The translations under genes were made by a program, and so were the position numbers. From Clostridium sp. (GTDB lineage: Bacteria > Bacillota > Clostridia > Clostridiales > Clostridiaceae): DNA of 33,166 nt. Shown here piece after piece: positions 17,326 through 27,566 of this stretch (positions are counted from its first letter, which is position 1; every line of letters begins with the position of its first letter). The notes below the pieces were generated by a model that had not been told where the DNA came from, ran no database searches, and saw nothing but the letters and a program-made list of their open reading frames with translations. The stretch spans positions 1-33,166 of the forward strand of contig NZ_JBFNEO010000001.1 of assembly GCF_040797585.1 (NCBI RefSeq), given 5' to 3'.

Positions 17326-17362
17326 TAAAAAAGAGATGCCTTTCTTTTAGCATCTCTTTTTA
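17326..17362 (+). terminator. ceo terminator (potentially bidirectional)
   Basis: AAAAAGAGATGC...GCATCTCTTTTT. Confidence 0.8.
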
Positions 17363-17673
17363 TATTTAGAGCCATTCTAAATTCTTTTACTTATCCAGAG
17401 TTTTACAATTATAATATCTAAGCTTTTTAAAGCTAATTATAAAAATTATAAGACTCTAAATTCATTAACCTACAATCCATCTGGAGTAAAACTTCATATG
17501 GATTTAGTTTTAATTTATCCTTAATAATGATTTTTATCAGTAGAGAAAATTTCTTATTAATATTTTAATTATATTTCTAATGAACTATGTGATGCATGGA
17601 TATATTATAAGGCTATGCAAAATGTTCTTTTGACTCATGTAATCCTTAGTAAATTAATTACTGAAATATAAGA

Positions 17674-18462
17674 TTATGCTTTAAACTTATGCTTTCTTAT
17701 AATTTCTTTTCCTTTTTCACTTTCAATGAATTTCATGAATTCATCTCCTAGATCTTTCTCTTTAGAGTTTGTAGCCATCCAATACTCTGCTTTTTCATTT
17801 AACTCTTCTTTAATCTGGATTTGCTTTATGCTATCCTTAACATCATCTGTTACATCTGTTACATATACAAAGGTAGCGTCTCCCTCTTTTATCTTAACTT
17901 TGTTCAATGCCATTTTAACGTTAGCTTCATTAGAAACTACCTTAGACATTACCTTGTCTTTATATCCCTTATTTATATTATCTACCTTGTCTATAATCTT
18001 TCTTGAATACTTTCCTATCGGTACTTCCTCTGCACACATTACAAGTTTTTCTACAGATGTTAAATCTTCTAAGGATTTTATGGTTTCATTATCCTTATTA
18101 ACAACCAAAACCACTTCATTAAATGCCATTACTTTTCCTTCATTTACTAAAGATTTCTCCTTAAGTTTTGAATAATGACCATTGTCTGCAGATACGAATA
18201 AATCAAAATCAGCACCACTTTCTATTTGTGTTCTTAAGGTACTAGATCCTCCAAAATTTAAAACTATTTCTCTATTCTTGTTTTCCTTTTCAAATTCTGT
18301 CTTTAACTCTTCCATAACCTCTGTTAAAGAGGAAGCTGCAAATACTGTAATCTTCTCTTTTTTACCCTCTGTCTTTGATTCCTCTTTTTTACTTCCACTT
18401 CCACAAGCCACTAGTGACAACATTAAAACTACTGAAATAATAACTGATAAAAATCTTTTCAT
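17674..18462 (-). CDS. modA: Molybdate ABC transporter substrate-binding lipoprotein
   Basis: Lipobox LVAC, VFAASSL, NFGGSSTLRTQIESGA, VPIGKY, VYVTD. Confidence 0.92.
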   Translation of the reverse strand: MKRFLSVIISVVLMLSLVACGSGSKKEESKTEGKKEKITVFAASSLTEVMEELKTEFEKENKNREIVLNFGGSSTLRTQIESGADFDLFVSADNGHYSKLKEKSLVNEGKVMAFNEVVLVVNKDNETIKSLEDLTSVEKLVMCAEEVPIGKYSRKIIDKVDNINKGYKDKVMSKVVSNEANVKMALNKVKIKEGDATFVYVTDVTDDVKDSIKQIQIKEELNEKAEYWMATNSKEKDLGDEFMKFIESEKGKEIIRKHKFKA

Positions 18463-18465
18463 TTT

Positions 18466-18897
18466 TTACTTTACCTCCTGAATTTCATCTCCAACTTTTA
18501 CTTTTCCACCTTTTAATACCTTTGCAAATATACCATTAGTTGGCATTATACAGCTTCCTACAGTATAGAAAATATTACAAGGTTTATGACATTGTTTACC
18601 TATTTGGGTAACCTCAAGTAGAGTCTCCCCAATTGAAAGCTTAGTTCCTATTGGAAGATTAACTAAATCTACGCCTTCTGTAACTAAGTTTTCACCAAAA
18701 TCCCCTAGTTCTACCTTCCCTCCTTTTTCTCTAAATTCTGTAATCCTCTCCATTGCAAGAAGGCTTACTTGTCTATGCCAATCACCTGCGTGAGCATCAC
18801 CTTTAAGACCATGATTTTCGACAAATACACATTCCTTAACATCTGTTTTTCCAATTCCCTTTTTATCACTTGTACACACTGCTAAAACTTTACCCAT
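18466..18897 (-). CDS. MOSC domain-containing protein
   Basis: GLKGDAHAG..HRQVSLL, FGENL, LEVTQIGKQCHKPC, CIMP..GIFAKVLKGG. Confidence 0.88.
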   Translation of the reverse strand: MGKVLAVCTSDKKGIGKTDVKECVFVENHGLKGDAHAGDWHRQVSLLAMERITEFREKGGKVELGDFGENLVTEGVDLVNLPIGTKLSIGETLLEVTQIGKQCHKPCNIFYTVGSCIMPTNGIFAKVLKGGKVKVGDEIQEVK

Positions 18898-18903
18898 AAA
18901 CTT

Positions 18904-19890
18904 TTATCCTCCTATTTGAGACATAAATCTAATGTCTGCGTTATCCTTTTTTTCTCCAAAATTATGATTAGTTGGTTTATTGTATATTGTATCTTTTATG
19001 ATTTCCTTAACTTCTTCATAGGTTTTACCGTCTCTAAGTATAGGTCTTAAATTAGTACCACTATTCCAATGAAGGCACTGCTTTAAGAACCCATCGCAGG
19101 TAAGCCTTATCCTATTACAATCACTACAAAAGCAACTGCTCATAGGACTTATGAACCCTATGGTAGAAGTCTTACCATTACTTTCGTTATAAAAGCTTTT
19201 GTATAACGCTGGTCCTCTTAGGCCATTTTTTTCTGTTTCTTTCTCTATGTAAGTCCTTTCTTTTTTTATGACCTCTTCTATTTCCCCTGAAGTCATTCCT
19301 ATGAAATCTTTACCTTTTCCTATTGGCATAATCTCAATAAACCTAACTTTAATACCTTTTTCCTCTGAAAATCTTATAAAGTCCATTATCTCATCTTGAT
19401 TTTTTCCTTTAACTATTACTACATTAAGGCTAACTTCAATTTTATGCTCTATTGCCATATCTATAGCCTTAAGAACTTTTTTAAGATCTCCATTATTAGT
19501 TATACTTTTAAATCTATCTTCTTTAAAAGAGTCTAGACTTATATTTACCCTGTCTAATCCACTTTCTTTTAACTTCTTAATTTTTTCTGGTAACAATATT
19601 CCATTAGTGGTTATTGCAATCTCATTAACTCCAGGTAACTTCTTTACCTTTTTTATTAGATTTTCTATACCTTCTCTTACTAAAGGTTCTCCTCCAGTAA
19701 ATCTAAATTTACTTATTCCAAGTTCTGATCCTATCTGAGCCACAGTATATATCTCATCAAGAGATAACATATCTTCTTCCTTAAAGAAATTATCGTATCC
19801 TGGAGGCATACAATAATTGCACCTTAAGTTACACCTATCTGTTAAAGATATTCTCATATAATTTATTTCTCTTCCTAAGTTATCTTTCAT
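18904..19890 (-). CDS. moaA: GTP 3',8-cyclase MoaA
   Basis: RISLTDRCNLRCNYCMP, TGGEPL, FCSDCNRIRLT..G.LKQCL, C-terminal IGG. Confidence 0.96.
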   Translation of the reverse strand: MKDNLGREINYMRISLTDRCNLRCNYCMPPGYDNFFKEEDMLSLDEIYTVAQIGSELGISKFRFTGGEPLVREGIENLIKKVKKLPGVNEIAITTNGILLPEKIKKLKESGLDRVNISLDSFKEDRFKSITNNGDLKKVLKAIDMAIEHKIEVSLNVVIVKGKNQDEIMDFIRFSEEKGIKVRFIEIMPIGKGKDFIGMTSGEIEEVIKKERTYIEKETEKNGLRGPALYKSFYNESNGKTSTIGFISPMSSCFCSDCNRIRLTCDGFLKQCLHWNSGTNLRPILRDGKTYEEVKEIIKDTIYNKPTNHNFGEKKDNADIRFMSQIGG

Positions 19891-19906
19891 ACAATCCCCT
19901 CTTTAA

Positions 19907-20674
19907 TTAATACATTTCATATTTTTTTACTCCAAGGATTACAGCTAAAGATATTATAACAAGTACCATAGAAATAGAAACTGACAAATTCAAATCTTTC
20001 TCTAGTGCCATATAAATAGCCAGTGGCAATGTTTGAGTTTTACCAGTTAGGTTACCTGCAAATATTATGGTAGCCCCAAATTCTGATAAGGCTCTTGCCC
20101 AACAAAGTATACTTTGAGTAACTATTGGCTTTTTGCACATAGGTAATGTTAATTTATAAAAGACTTGATAAGGCTTAAGTCCTAAATCCATTGCTGCATC
20201 TTCTAAAGTTTTATCTACCCCTTTAAAAATATGAGTAGTTGCTGTAATAAACTGAGGAAGGATTATAAAGGTTTGAGCCATTACTACTGCTATAAAAGAA
20301 AAAGATATATTTATTCCATAAAGATCTAAATACTTCCCTATAAAACCTGCTCTTCCAAAGCATAAAAGTAATAATACTCCTGCCACAGAAGGTGGTAATA
20401 CAGTTGGAAGTCTAAATACTATATGAAGAATTCCCTTTCCCTTAAAGCTATATCTTGCCATAAGCCATGATATTGGTATCCCTAGAATTAATGTTGCTGC
20501 AAGGGATATAAGTGTACTTTCAAGACTTATAACTATTGCCTTTAAAACATAATCACTTAGCATTGTTTCTATAGAAAATGTTGAATAAAGTAATATGGAT
20601 AACATAGGCAAAAATAAAAATCCTGCCCCTAAAATTGTTATAATCACTATTATTATTAAAGGCTTATTTTTCAT
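19907..20674 (-). CDS. modB: Molybdate ABC transporter permease
   Basis: [14 protein letters not shown]-like [29 protein letters not shown]. Start placed at ATG 20674, overlapping the moaC end. Confidence 0.9.
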   Translation of the reverse strand: MKNKPLIIIVIITILGAGFLFLPMLSILLYSTFSIETMLSDYVLKAIVISLESTLISLAATLILGIPISWLMARYSFKGKGILHIVFRLPTVLPPSVAGVLLLLCFGRAGFIGKYLDLYGINISFSFIAVVMAQTFIILPQFITATTHIFKGVDKTLEDAAMDLGLKPYQVFYKLTLPMCKKPIVTQSILCWARALSEFGATIIFAGNLTGKTQTLPLAIYMALEKDLNLSVSISMVLVIISLAVILGVKKYEMY

Positions 20675-21137
20675 AAATGTAGTGACCACTCTTTCCTCCA
20701 ATCTTCTCTCTTAAATGTATCCCCTCTATAACCATTGCCTTATCTACTGCCTTACACATATCATATATTGTAAGTGCTGCAATAGATACCGCTGTTAATG
20801 CCTCCATCTCCACTCCAGTCTTACCTGTAGTCTTAACTTTGGATCTTATTATAACTGAATTGTTTTCATCATCTATTTCAAAATCTACCTCACATCCATT
20901 TATCATAATCGGATGACAAAGTGGTATTAAATCAGATGTTCTCTTGCTCCCCATTATGGCAGCTACCCTTGATATTCCAAGAACATCTCCCTTTTTCATA
21001 TTTCCTTCTTTTATAAGGTTTAATGTTTCTTTCTTCATGGTTATTTTGCCTTCTGCAAAAGCTATTCTCTCAGTTTCATTTTTATTTCCTACATCCACCA
21101 TTATAGCTTTTCCATCTCTATCAAAATGAGTAAGCAT
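20664..21137 (-). CDS. moaC: Cyclic pyranopterin monophosphate synthase MoaC
   Basis: MLTHFD...[32 protein letters not shown]. Start at ATG 21137. Confidence 0.96.
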   Translation of the reverse strand: MLTHFDRDGKAIMVDVGNKNETERIAFAEGKITMKKETLNLIKEGNMKKGDVLGISRVAAIMGSKRTSDLIPLCHPIMINGCEVDFEIDDENNSVIIRSKVKTTGKTGVEMEALTAVSIAALTIYDMCKAVDKAMVIEGIHLREKIGGKSGHYIYEK

Positions 21138-21138
21138 A

Positions 21139-22161
21139 TTAAACACCCTTTCCAAAATTACAATGTGGAAAACTACAAATCTCACAGTCTAGACATAATC
21201 CTCCATGACCATAAGCTGCTATATCTTCCATAGTTAGTTTCTCCTCTATTAAAACTCTTGGAAGAACTAAATCAAAAGCTGTTCTTTTCGAATACATAAC
21301 ACATCCTGGAAGTCCAAGTATAGGGATATCCCCCTTATAAGCAACTAATAACATAGCTCCTGGAAGTATTGGTGCTCCGTATGTACAAAGTTCTGCCCCT
21401 GTACTCTTTATAGCTGTAGGAGTTAAGTCATCTGGATCTACTGACATTCCACCTGTACATATAACTATATCTGCTCCCTTTACAATCCACTGCTCTATAG
21501 CTTCTTTTATTCTATTTTCATTGTCATCAACTATAACCTGTCCTAAAACCTCACAGTCGTATTCCTCTACCTTTTTTCTTATAACAGGACCAAAAGCATC
21601 TTTTATTCTTCCATGGTATACTTCATTTCCAGTGGTTACTATTCCAATCTTCTTTGATTTAAAAGGTATAACTTCTACTATACTTTGTCCACTTGCTATT
21701 TCCTCAGCCTTCTTTAACTTTTCATCTTCTATAACTAGAGGAATTATTCTAGTTCCTGCAACCTTCTCTCCTTTTTTCACCGGGGTATTATTATGAACTG
21801 TTGCCATCATAATTTCACCTAATGCATTTACTTTAAATAGAAGGCCTTTATTTATCTTCAGAAGTCCATCATATTCAGCATAAAAGTCTATCTTACCTTC
21901 CTTTGTCTCCCCAAAGGTAAGCCCTGACCCTGCACTTAAATTTCTTAATCTTTCTGCTGCATCATTTTCATGAACTATACCTTCTGTTTGCTCCCAAACA
22001 TATATATTATCCTTACCACAAGATAATAATCTCTGAATATCCTCTTCTTTTATTATATGTCCCTTTTTAAATGCTCTTCCCTTAAACTCTCCCGGAATAA
22101 TTTGAGTTATATCATGACATAACACACATCCTACTGCATCTACTGTTCTTATCTTTTTCAT
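21139..22161 (-). CDS. MoeA-like molybdopterin-binding protein with C-terminal 4-Cys motif
   Basis: [33 protein letters not shown], ending [20 protein letters not shown]. Start at ATG 22161 after a GGGGAAG RBS. Confidence 0.82.
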   Translation of the reverse strand: MKKIRTVDAVGCVLCHDITQIIPGEFKGRAFKKGHIIKEEDIQRLLSCGKDNIYVWEQTEGIVHENDAAERLRNLSAGSGLTFGETKEGKIDFYAEYDGLLKINKGLLFKVNALGEIMMATVHNNTPVKKGEKVAGTRIIPLVIEDEKLKKAEEIASGQSIVEVIPFKSKKIGIVTTGNEVYHGRIKDAFGPVIRKKVEEYDCEVLGQVIVDDNENRIKEAIEQWIVKGADIVICTGGMSVDPDDLTPTAIKSTGAELCTYGAPILPGAMLLVAYKGDIPILGLPGCVMYSKRTAFDLVLPRVLIEEKLTMEDIAAYGHGGLCLDCEICSFPHCNFGKGV

Positions 22162-22177
22162 ATATCTTCCCCCTAGA

Positions 22178-22669
22178 TTATTTCCTTGCACACTCTGTAG
22201 CATTAGCTTTTAATATGTCAATACCATGTTTAATACTTGGCATAATATAATCTATAACTTCTTTAACTGCCTTTGGGCTACCTGGCATGTTTATAATAAG
22301 AGTTTCTCCTCTTATCCCACTAGCTGCTCTTGAGAGCATAGCTCTTTCAGTTATCTTTAAGCTATACATAGTTATAGCTGTACTTATACCTTGTGCTTCC
22401 TTCTCTATAACCTTTTTTGTAGCCTCTGGGGTTACATCCCTTTTACTAAATCCAGTTCCTCCTGTTGTTAGGATAAGTTCTACTTTAAGATCATCACACA
22501 TATATTTCATTTCTTGTATAAGATCCTTCTCCTCATCAGGTACTATTACATATCTCTCTACCTTGTACCCAAGCTTTTCTACTTCTTCTACTATCACTTT
22601 TCCACTTATATCTTCACGTTCTCCCCTTGATCCCTTGTCACTTGCTGTAATTACTCCAACCTTATACAC
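22178..22669 (-). CDS. mogA: MogA/MoaB-family molybdopterin adenylyltransferase
   Basis: ITASD...DISG, VPDE, TTGGTGFSKRDVTPEAT, AMLSR, NMPGSPKA. GTG start with GGAGGG RBS. Confidence 0.88.
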   Translation of the reverse strand: MYKVGVITASDKGSRGEREDISGKVIVEEVEKLGYKVERYVIVPDEEKDLIQEMKYMCDDLKVELILTTGGTGFSKRDVTPEATKKVIEKEAQGISTAITMYSLKITERAMLSRAASGIRGETLIINMPGSPKAVKEVIDYIMPSIKHGIDILKANATECARK

Positions 22670-22955
22670 AATATCTCCCTCCCCTTATATCTTTTATGTG
22701 TTCTAAAGTTCTCTTATTTTCCATAAGTAATACTTATACTGAAATCTATTAGAAACCTTTACATAAAGTTTTATAGATAAGACCTTATGTAAACTTTTAG
22801 AACCTATCTTTATTTAAAACTATTTCCTAGAATTTATAATTACTACATTAAACCCTATTATATTTATTATATTATAAAAAGAAAAATCATCATAGATACA
22901 CTTTTTAATTATTGAAACATTATATGTATTTTTTAAGTATGGCTTATTCTATAAA

Positions 22956-23759
22956 TTAAAAACGTTCTTTTTCCAATATAAGTACAGCTTCTAAAACACT
23001 TCCAGCTATGCATCTAGCTTTATCAGAAATTGTAAAACAGTTTTTAAATTCTGAATCTCTAGGGTCTATATCAGCTACTTTAAATTTCTCTGTAACCAAA
23101 TATCCATCTCTTATAATTCCTCTAAGAATACCATCTATAGAAGCTAGGATTTTATGTTCTCCTATGGTTGCTATAACCTGTCCTTTTTCTACCTTATCTC
23201 CAATTTTACCTATGGTTTTTATAATACCATCCTTACCACTATAGATAACTCTTTCTTTAGTACAACCTCTAATATCTCCTGGCACTCCTGTGTTTTCTAA
23301 AGGTTTGCCTTTTAAAATTATACGTCCAAGGTCATGTCCTCTCATGGTCTCTATTACTACATCTACATCTACCCCGGCTTCAAATCCTGGTCCAAGTCCT
23401 ATAGTTATTGGCGCCATATTTTTGTTAGTTCCTAAGTTTTTCTTAGCTAATATAGCATCTACCAATACCTTTGGCTTTAATTCTTCTATAAGATCTCCAT
23501 TTTCATCTACAGCTATAGGAATGAATCCATTCTGCCAAGCTTCTTTAATCTCCTTAAAATCTTTAACCCTTACTGCTTTTAAATTTTCTACTACAGCCTC
23601 TCCATCATAAATAGCCTCACTAAATGCAACACTACGTCTTATTGCTGATGGTTTTTCTATGTCAAGAACAACTACTTTAAACCCACTTCTGTAAAGTTTA
23701 TGAATAGTTCCAGAAGCTATATCTCCGCCACCTCTTACTACTATTATATCTCTATACAT
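22956..23759 (-). CDS. yqeB: Selenium-dependent molybdenum hydroxylase system protein YqeB (EF2563 family)
   Basis: VRGGGDIASG, AIRRSVAF, DAILAKKN, GLGPGF, ETMRGHDLG, DIDPR, ISDKARCIAG. Confidence 0.92.
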   Translation of the reverse strand: MYRDIIVVRGGGDIASGTIHKLYRSGFKVVVLDIEKPSAIRRSVAFSEAIYDGEAVVENLKAVRVKDFKEIKEAWQNGFIPIAVDENGDLIEELKPKVLVDAILAKKNLGTNKNMAPITIGLGPGFEAGVDVDVVIETMRGHDLGRIILKGKPLENTGVPGDIRGCTKERVIYSGKDGIIKTIGKIGDKVEKGQVIATIGEHKILASIDGILRGIIRDGYLVTEKFKVADIDPRDSEFKNCFTISDKARCIAGSVLEAVLILEKERF

Positions 23760-24336
23760 TTTTAAATACCCCTTTTATAAGATTTAAGTACTCCTCATTA
23801 GTGTCAATATCAATGAAAGGAAGCCCATCTTTCATGTCTACCTCTTTAACCCTATGAGGATATTTTTTTATGACAGCCCGTCCACCAGTATCCCCTTCTA
23901 TAGATAATAAATCCTCTCTGTATAACCTGGGAAATATGGTTGGGTGTGCTCTATGCCCTTGTACTCTAGGAATTATTATATAATCTTTATGTCTTTTACC
24001 CTCATTAATAAGAGTCTCAATAACTTCCTTATTTAATAGAGGCTGATCTCCAGTAAAGAACATATAATCTCCTTCCTTTAAATACTCTACCCCAAGTTTA
24101 AGACTTTCACTTTGTCCAAGATAAGGTTTCTTATTTTCTATGACTATGATACCTTTTTCTTTTCCTATACTTAAAACCCTTTCATCTTTAGCTACAAGAA
24201 CTATGTTACTAAAATTTAAAGAGATTAATGTATTTATAAGGTGCTCTATAAAGGTCTTCTCCTTATAGTTTAGTAATAATTTATTCTGCCCCATTCTCTT
24301 TGAATAACCAGAAGCCATTATTACAGCATTAATCAT
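23752..24336 (-). CDS. mocA: Molybdenum cofactor cytidylyltransferase (MocA/YgfJ family)
   Basis: IMASGYSKRMGQNKLLL, GQSESL, GDQP, GDTGGR, DIDT. Located between yqeC and yqeB. Confidence 0.88.
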   Translation of the reverse strand: MINAVIMASGYSKRMGQNKLLLNYKEKTFIEHLINTLISLNFSNIVLVAKDERVLSIGKEKGIIVIENKKPYLGQSESLKLGVEYLKEGDYMFFTGDQPLLNKEVIETLINEGKRHKDYIIIPRVQGHRAHPTIFPRLYREDLLSIEGDTGGRAVIKKYPHRVKEVDMKDGLPFIDIDTNEEYLNLIKGVFKNV

Positions 24337-25051
24337 ATATTACCGTCCCCTTCTTTAGACTTACTCCAACTACTTTATCTATGTAATTTTTATTTCTTTT
24401 TTCTACTAATTCTTTAAGTTTATAATACTTATGTTTATCCTCCTCATTATCGACAGCGTTTATAACAAGGATTCTTTCTCCCCTACTATTTTTAAATAGC
24501 CCATCTTCATTAAAAATCATATTAACTAAATGGTTATAATTTACCTTTTCAGACTCTATACCTTTAGAGATTTGTAAAAACTTATCTAATCTATGTACGT
24601 TTTCATAATCAATAAACACATCTAAAGCCTTAAGAGAAATAACCCCTAAAGTCTTTGTAGTTATATTAGGTACTAAAGGTTCATCTTCTCTCCATCCCTT
24701 TAAAATCTTCCTTTTTGACCCATCCCCCTCTATAAAAATATAGTTAAAACTTTCAGCTAAATAACCTAATTCTCTATCATTTATGCCAAAAATCTTATTT
24801 TCTTTATTTACTTCGACACCAATTACCCATATACCTTTTTTATTGTAATTAAATTCTTGTATATTTTCTGTTATATGTAAATAATCATAATCTTTAGACT
24901 CTGGTATGAATATCTTAGTTGTAGTAGTTACTAAAGTTTTTTCATCTCTAAACTCTTTAGAAAGAGCCATCATAAGGGATGTTTTTCCCCCTGCCCCTAT
25001 AATAGTTACAATATCCTTCCTTCTAATATGGAATAAATCCTTTAAGTTCAT
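24329..25051 (-). CDS. yqeC: Selenium cofactor biosynthesis / hydroxylase accessory protein YqeC
   Basis: IIGAGGKTS, VTTTTKI, IEGDGSKR..LKGWREDEP, VHR. Start moved to ATG 25051 because AGGAGG abuts the 25057 ATG. Confidence 0.9.
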   Translation of the reverse strand: MNLKDLFHIRRKDIVTIIGAGGKTSLMMALSKEFRDEKTLVTTTTKIFIPESKDYDYLHITENIQEFNYNKKGIWVIGVEVNKENKIFGINDRELGYLAESFNYIFIEGDGSKRKILKGWREDEPLVPNITTKTLGVISLKALDVFIDYENVHRLDKFLQISKGIESEKVNYNHLVNMIFNEDGLFKNSRGERILVINAVDNEEDKHKYYKLKELVEKRNKNYIDKVVGVSLKKGTVIYD

Positions 25052-25107
25052 GTTCATCCTCCTTTTAAATATGAAGAACTTATATTTCCTCAGTTCTTAA
25101 ATTAAAT

Positions 25108-25280
25108 TTTATTTGATGGCTAGGATATGTAACACCCCCATCCTCTTAAAAGGTAGGGGACAACACCTTCTACAAGTTGGATATAAAAGACGTTACACCC
25201 CTAAATAAGTTCTTCTAAGTTCCAGTGGGAATATGGTATTCCCTTAGTCAAACTCCCACTGAAGCTAAGAATCATTTCAT
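25108..25280 (+). repeat. Dispersed structured intergenic repeat, copy 3
   Basis: TTTATTTGATGGCTAGGATATGTAACACCCCCATCCTCTTAAAAGGTAGGGGACAACA aligns with 14637-14693. Second hairpin CAGTGGGA/TCCCACTG, tail AAGAATCATTTCAT. Confidence 0.72.
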
Positions 25281-25281
25281 A

Positions 25282-27564
25282 TTACTTATTTACATTCATT
25301 GCATTAAAGACCTTTTCCGGGAACATTGGAAGATCTCTAAGGTTTACTCCTACAGCATTATATATAGCATTCGCTATGGCCGGAGCTGGAGTATTTATAA
25401 CAATTTCTCCAATGGATTTGGCTCCAAAAGGCCCTGTCGACTCATAGCTTGGTATAAATTCTACTTTTATATTTCCTATCTCTTTTCTGCATGGAATCTT
25501 ATATTGCATAAAAGTATTAGTCTGAAGTTTTCCTTTTTCATCGTATCTTACATCTTCATATAAAGCTACTCCTATACCTTGTACAATCCCTCCCTCTACT
25601 TGAACCTTTGCAAGTTTTGGGTTTATAAGTGTACCACAGTCAACTACTGCTACATAATTAATTATATCAGATTTTCCTGTTTCTTTATCAACTTCTATCT
25701 CTGCAAATCCTACCATATATGGAGATGGAGATGTATCACTACCAAAAGTTCCATGACCTTGAAGCTGTTTTCCTTCTGACCCTAATACACTATTAACTGC
25801 TATATCCTTAAGGGTTATCTCTTTCCCAGTAGTACTCTTTAATATTTTCCCATCAAACTCCAAATCTATCTTATCTACCTCTAAATATCTAGCCCCTGCT
25901 TCATGGATTTTCTCTATAATTTCATCACAGGCCTTTATTACTGCCATTCCTGTTACATAAGTGGTAGAAGAAGCATAAGAGCCTCCATCATAAGGAACAG
26001 TATCTGTATCTGCCACATTTAAAACTATATTTTCAAATTCTGTCATTAACTTATCTGCTGCTATTTGAGTAAGGATTGTATCACATCCTTGTCCCATATC
26101 AGTTCCAGCTAAGTATAAAGTGTAAAAACCATCATCTCCAAGCCTTACCGCAGCAGATGCACAATCAACATTTGCTATACCTGATCCTTGCATTCCAAGG
26201 GCCATTCCTACACCCCTTACCTTTGTATCAGATGTATGAACCCTTGGATATTTATCCTTCCATCCTATAAGTTCCTTTCCTTTTTCTATACACTTATCAA
26301 GAGTAGAGCTTGTTAATGGTGTTTCAAGAAGATGCATTTTTTCTCCTACTTTACATAAGTTCTTTAACCTAAGCTCTATTGGATCCATATTAAGCTTTGT
26401 TGCCATTTCATTCATAGCTGATTCTAATGCATAATCTCCCTGAGTAGCTCCATATCCTCTAAGAGCTCCCGCTGGCACTTTATTGGTATATACAACATTC
26501 CCTTGAAATCTTGCTGCATTTGATTTATACATTGGAATACTCTTCTTACCAGCTGCTCCAAGGACTGTAAACCCATGATCTCCAAAAGCCCCTGTATCAG
26601 ATAACCCCTCCATATCTATAGCTTTTATATTTCCTTTATTGTCAGCACCAATTCTCACTCTTATTTTCATAGCGTGTCTTGTACTAGTACATCCAAAGGT
26701 TTCTTTTCTATCATATATTATTTTTGATGGTTTTCCAGTTCTCCAGGTAACTAAGGCGGTAAATAATTCAACTGCCACTGTTTGTTTTCCTCCAAAACCA
26801 CCACCTATTCTTGGCTTTATGACCCTTACCTTAGTTGAAGGTATTTCTAAGGCTCTAGATACATGTCTTCTAACATGAAAAGGGATTTGAGTTGAACTTA
26901 CAATTACTAGTCTTCCAATATAATCAACATAGGAAAAAGCTCTATAAGTCTCCATCATTCCATGGGCCTGTGCCTGCATTGAGTAAGTTTCATCTACAAC
27001 TACTTCTGAATTCTTTAATTCTTCCTCAACATCTCCCCCTGTAGCCATATAAACACTACCTACTATATTTCTCTTAGGATTAAATCCACATATTTTTTCA
27101 AGTCTTTCTTCGTTTTCTATATCATCCTCATCATGTATAACTGATGGATTATCTATTGCCTTTTCTGGATCAAGTACTGGCTCATAAACTTCATACTTAA
27201 CCTTTATAAGATTCACAGCTTTTATTGCAGTTTTTTCGTCCTTTGCTGCAACTATAGCTACCTCATCTCCTACATATCTAACTATAGGATCTAGTATCAA
27301 TCTATCATAGGGAGATAATTCTGGATAAGATTGTCCTGCTAAAGCAAAACGAGTTTTAGGTACATCTTTATAAGTTAATATACATTCTACCCCTTCAACT
27401 CTCTCAGCTATAGACGTGTTTATATCTAGTATTTTTGCAAAAGCATGGGGACTTCTAAGTATCTTTACAACTAATGCATCTTTCATTACTAAATCATCTG
27501 TATATGCTGGTTTTCCAGTAGTTATTCCAATAGAATCAACCTTATCAATACTCTTTCCTATCAT
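25282..27564 (-). CDS. Xanthine dehydrogenase-family molybdopterin-binding subunit (paralog 1)
   Basis: LRSPHAFA, SSTQIPF, PRIGGGFGGKQ, ALRGYG, DMGQG, SYASSTT, QVEGG..QG, GPFGAKSIGE. Confidence 0.93.
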   Translation of the reverse strand: MIGKSIDKVDSIGITTGKPAYTDDLVMKDALVVKILRSPHAFAKILDINTSIAERVEGVECILTYKDVPKTRFALAGQSYPELSPYDRLILDPIVRYVGDEVAIVAAKDEKTAIKAVNLIKVKYEVYEPVLDPEKAIDNPSVIHDEDDIENEERLEKICGFNPKRNIVGSVYMATGGDVEEELKNSEVVVDETYSMQAQAHGMMETYRAFSYVDYIGRLVIVSSTQIPFHVRRHVSRALEIPSTKVRVIKPRIGGGFGGKQTVAVELFTALVTWRTGKPSKIIYDRKETFGCTSTRHAMKIRVRIGADNKGNIKAIDMEGLSDTGAFGDHGFTVLGAAGKKSIPMYKSNAARFQGNVVYTNKVPAGALRGYGATQGDYALESAMNEMATKLNMDPIELRLKNLCKVGEKMHLLETPLTSSTLDKCIEKGKELIGWKDKYPRVHTSDTKVRGVGMALGMQGSGIANVDCASAAVRLGDDGFYTLYLAGTDMGQGCDTILTQIAADKLMTEFENIVLNVADTDTVPYDGGSYASSTTYVTGMAVIKACDEIIEKIHEAGARYLEVDKIDLEFDGKILKSTTGKEITLKDIAVNSVLGSEGKQLQGHGTFGSDTSPSPYMVGFAEIEVDKETGKSDIINYVAVVDCGTLINPKLAKVQVEGGIVQGIGVALYEDVRYDEKGKLQTNTFMQYKIPCRKEIGNIKVEFIPSYESTGPFGAKSIGEIVINTPAPAIANAIYNAVGVNLRDLPMFPEKVFNAMNVNK

Positions 27565-27566
27565 GT

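Noticed and set aside
17380-17670. ncRNA or small gene between ceo and modA
   Set aside because: Only imperfect AT-rich hairpins; no convincing ORF, promoter or recognisable motif beyond a possible repeat fragment.
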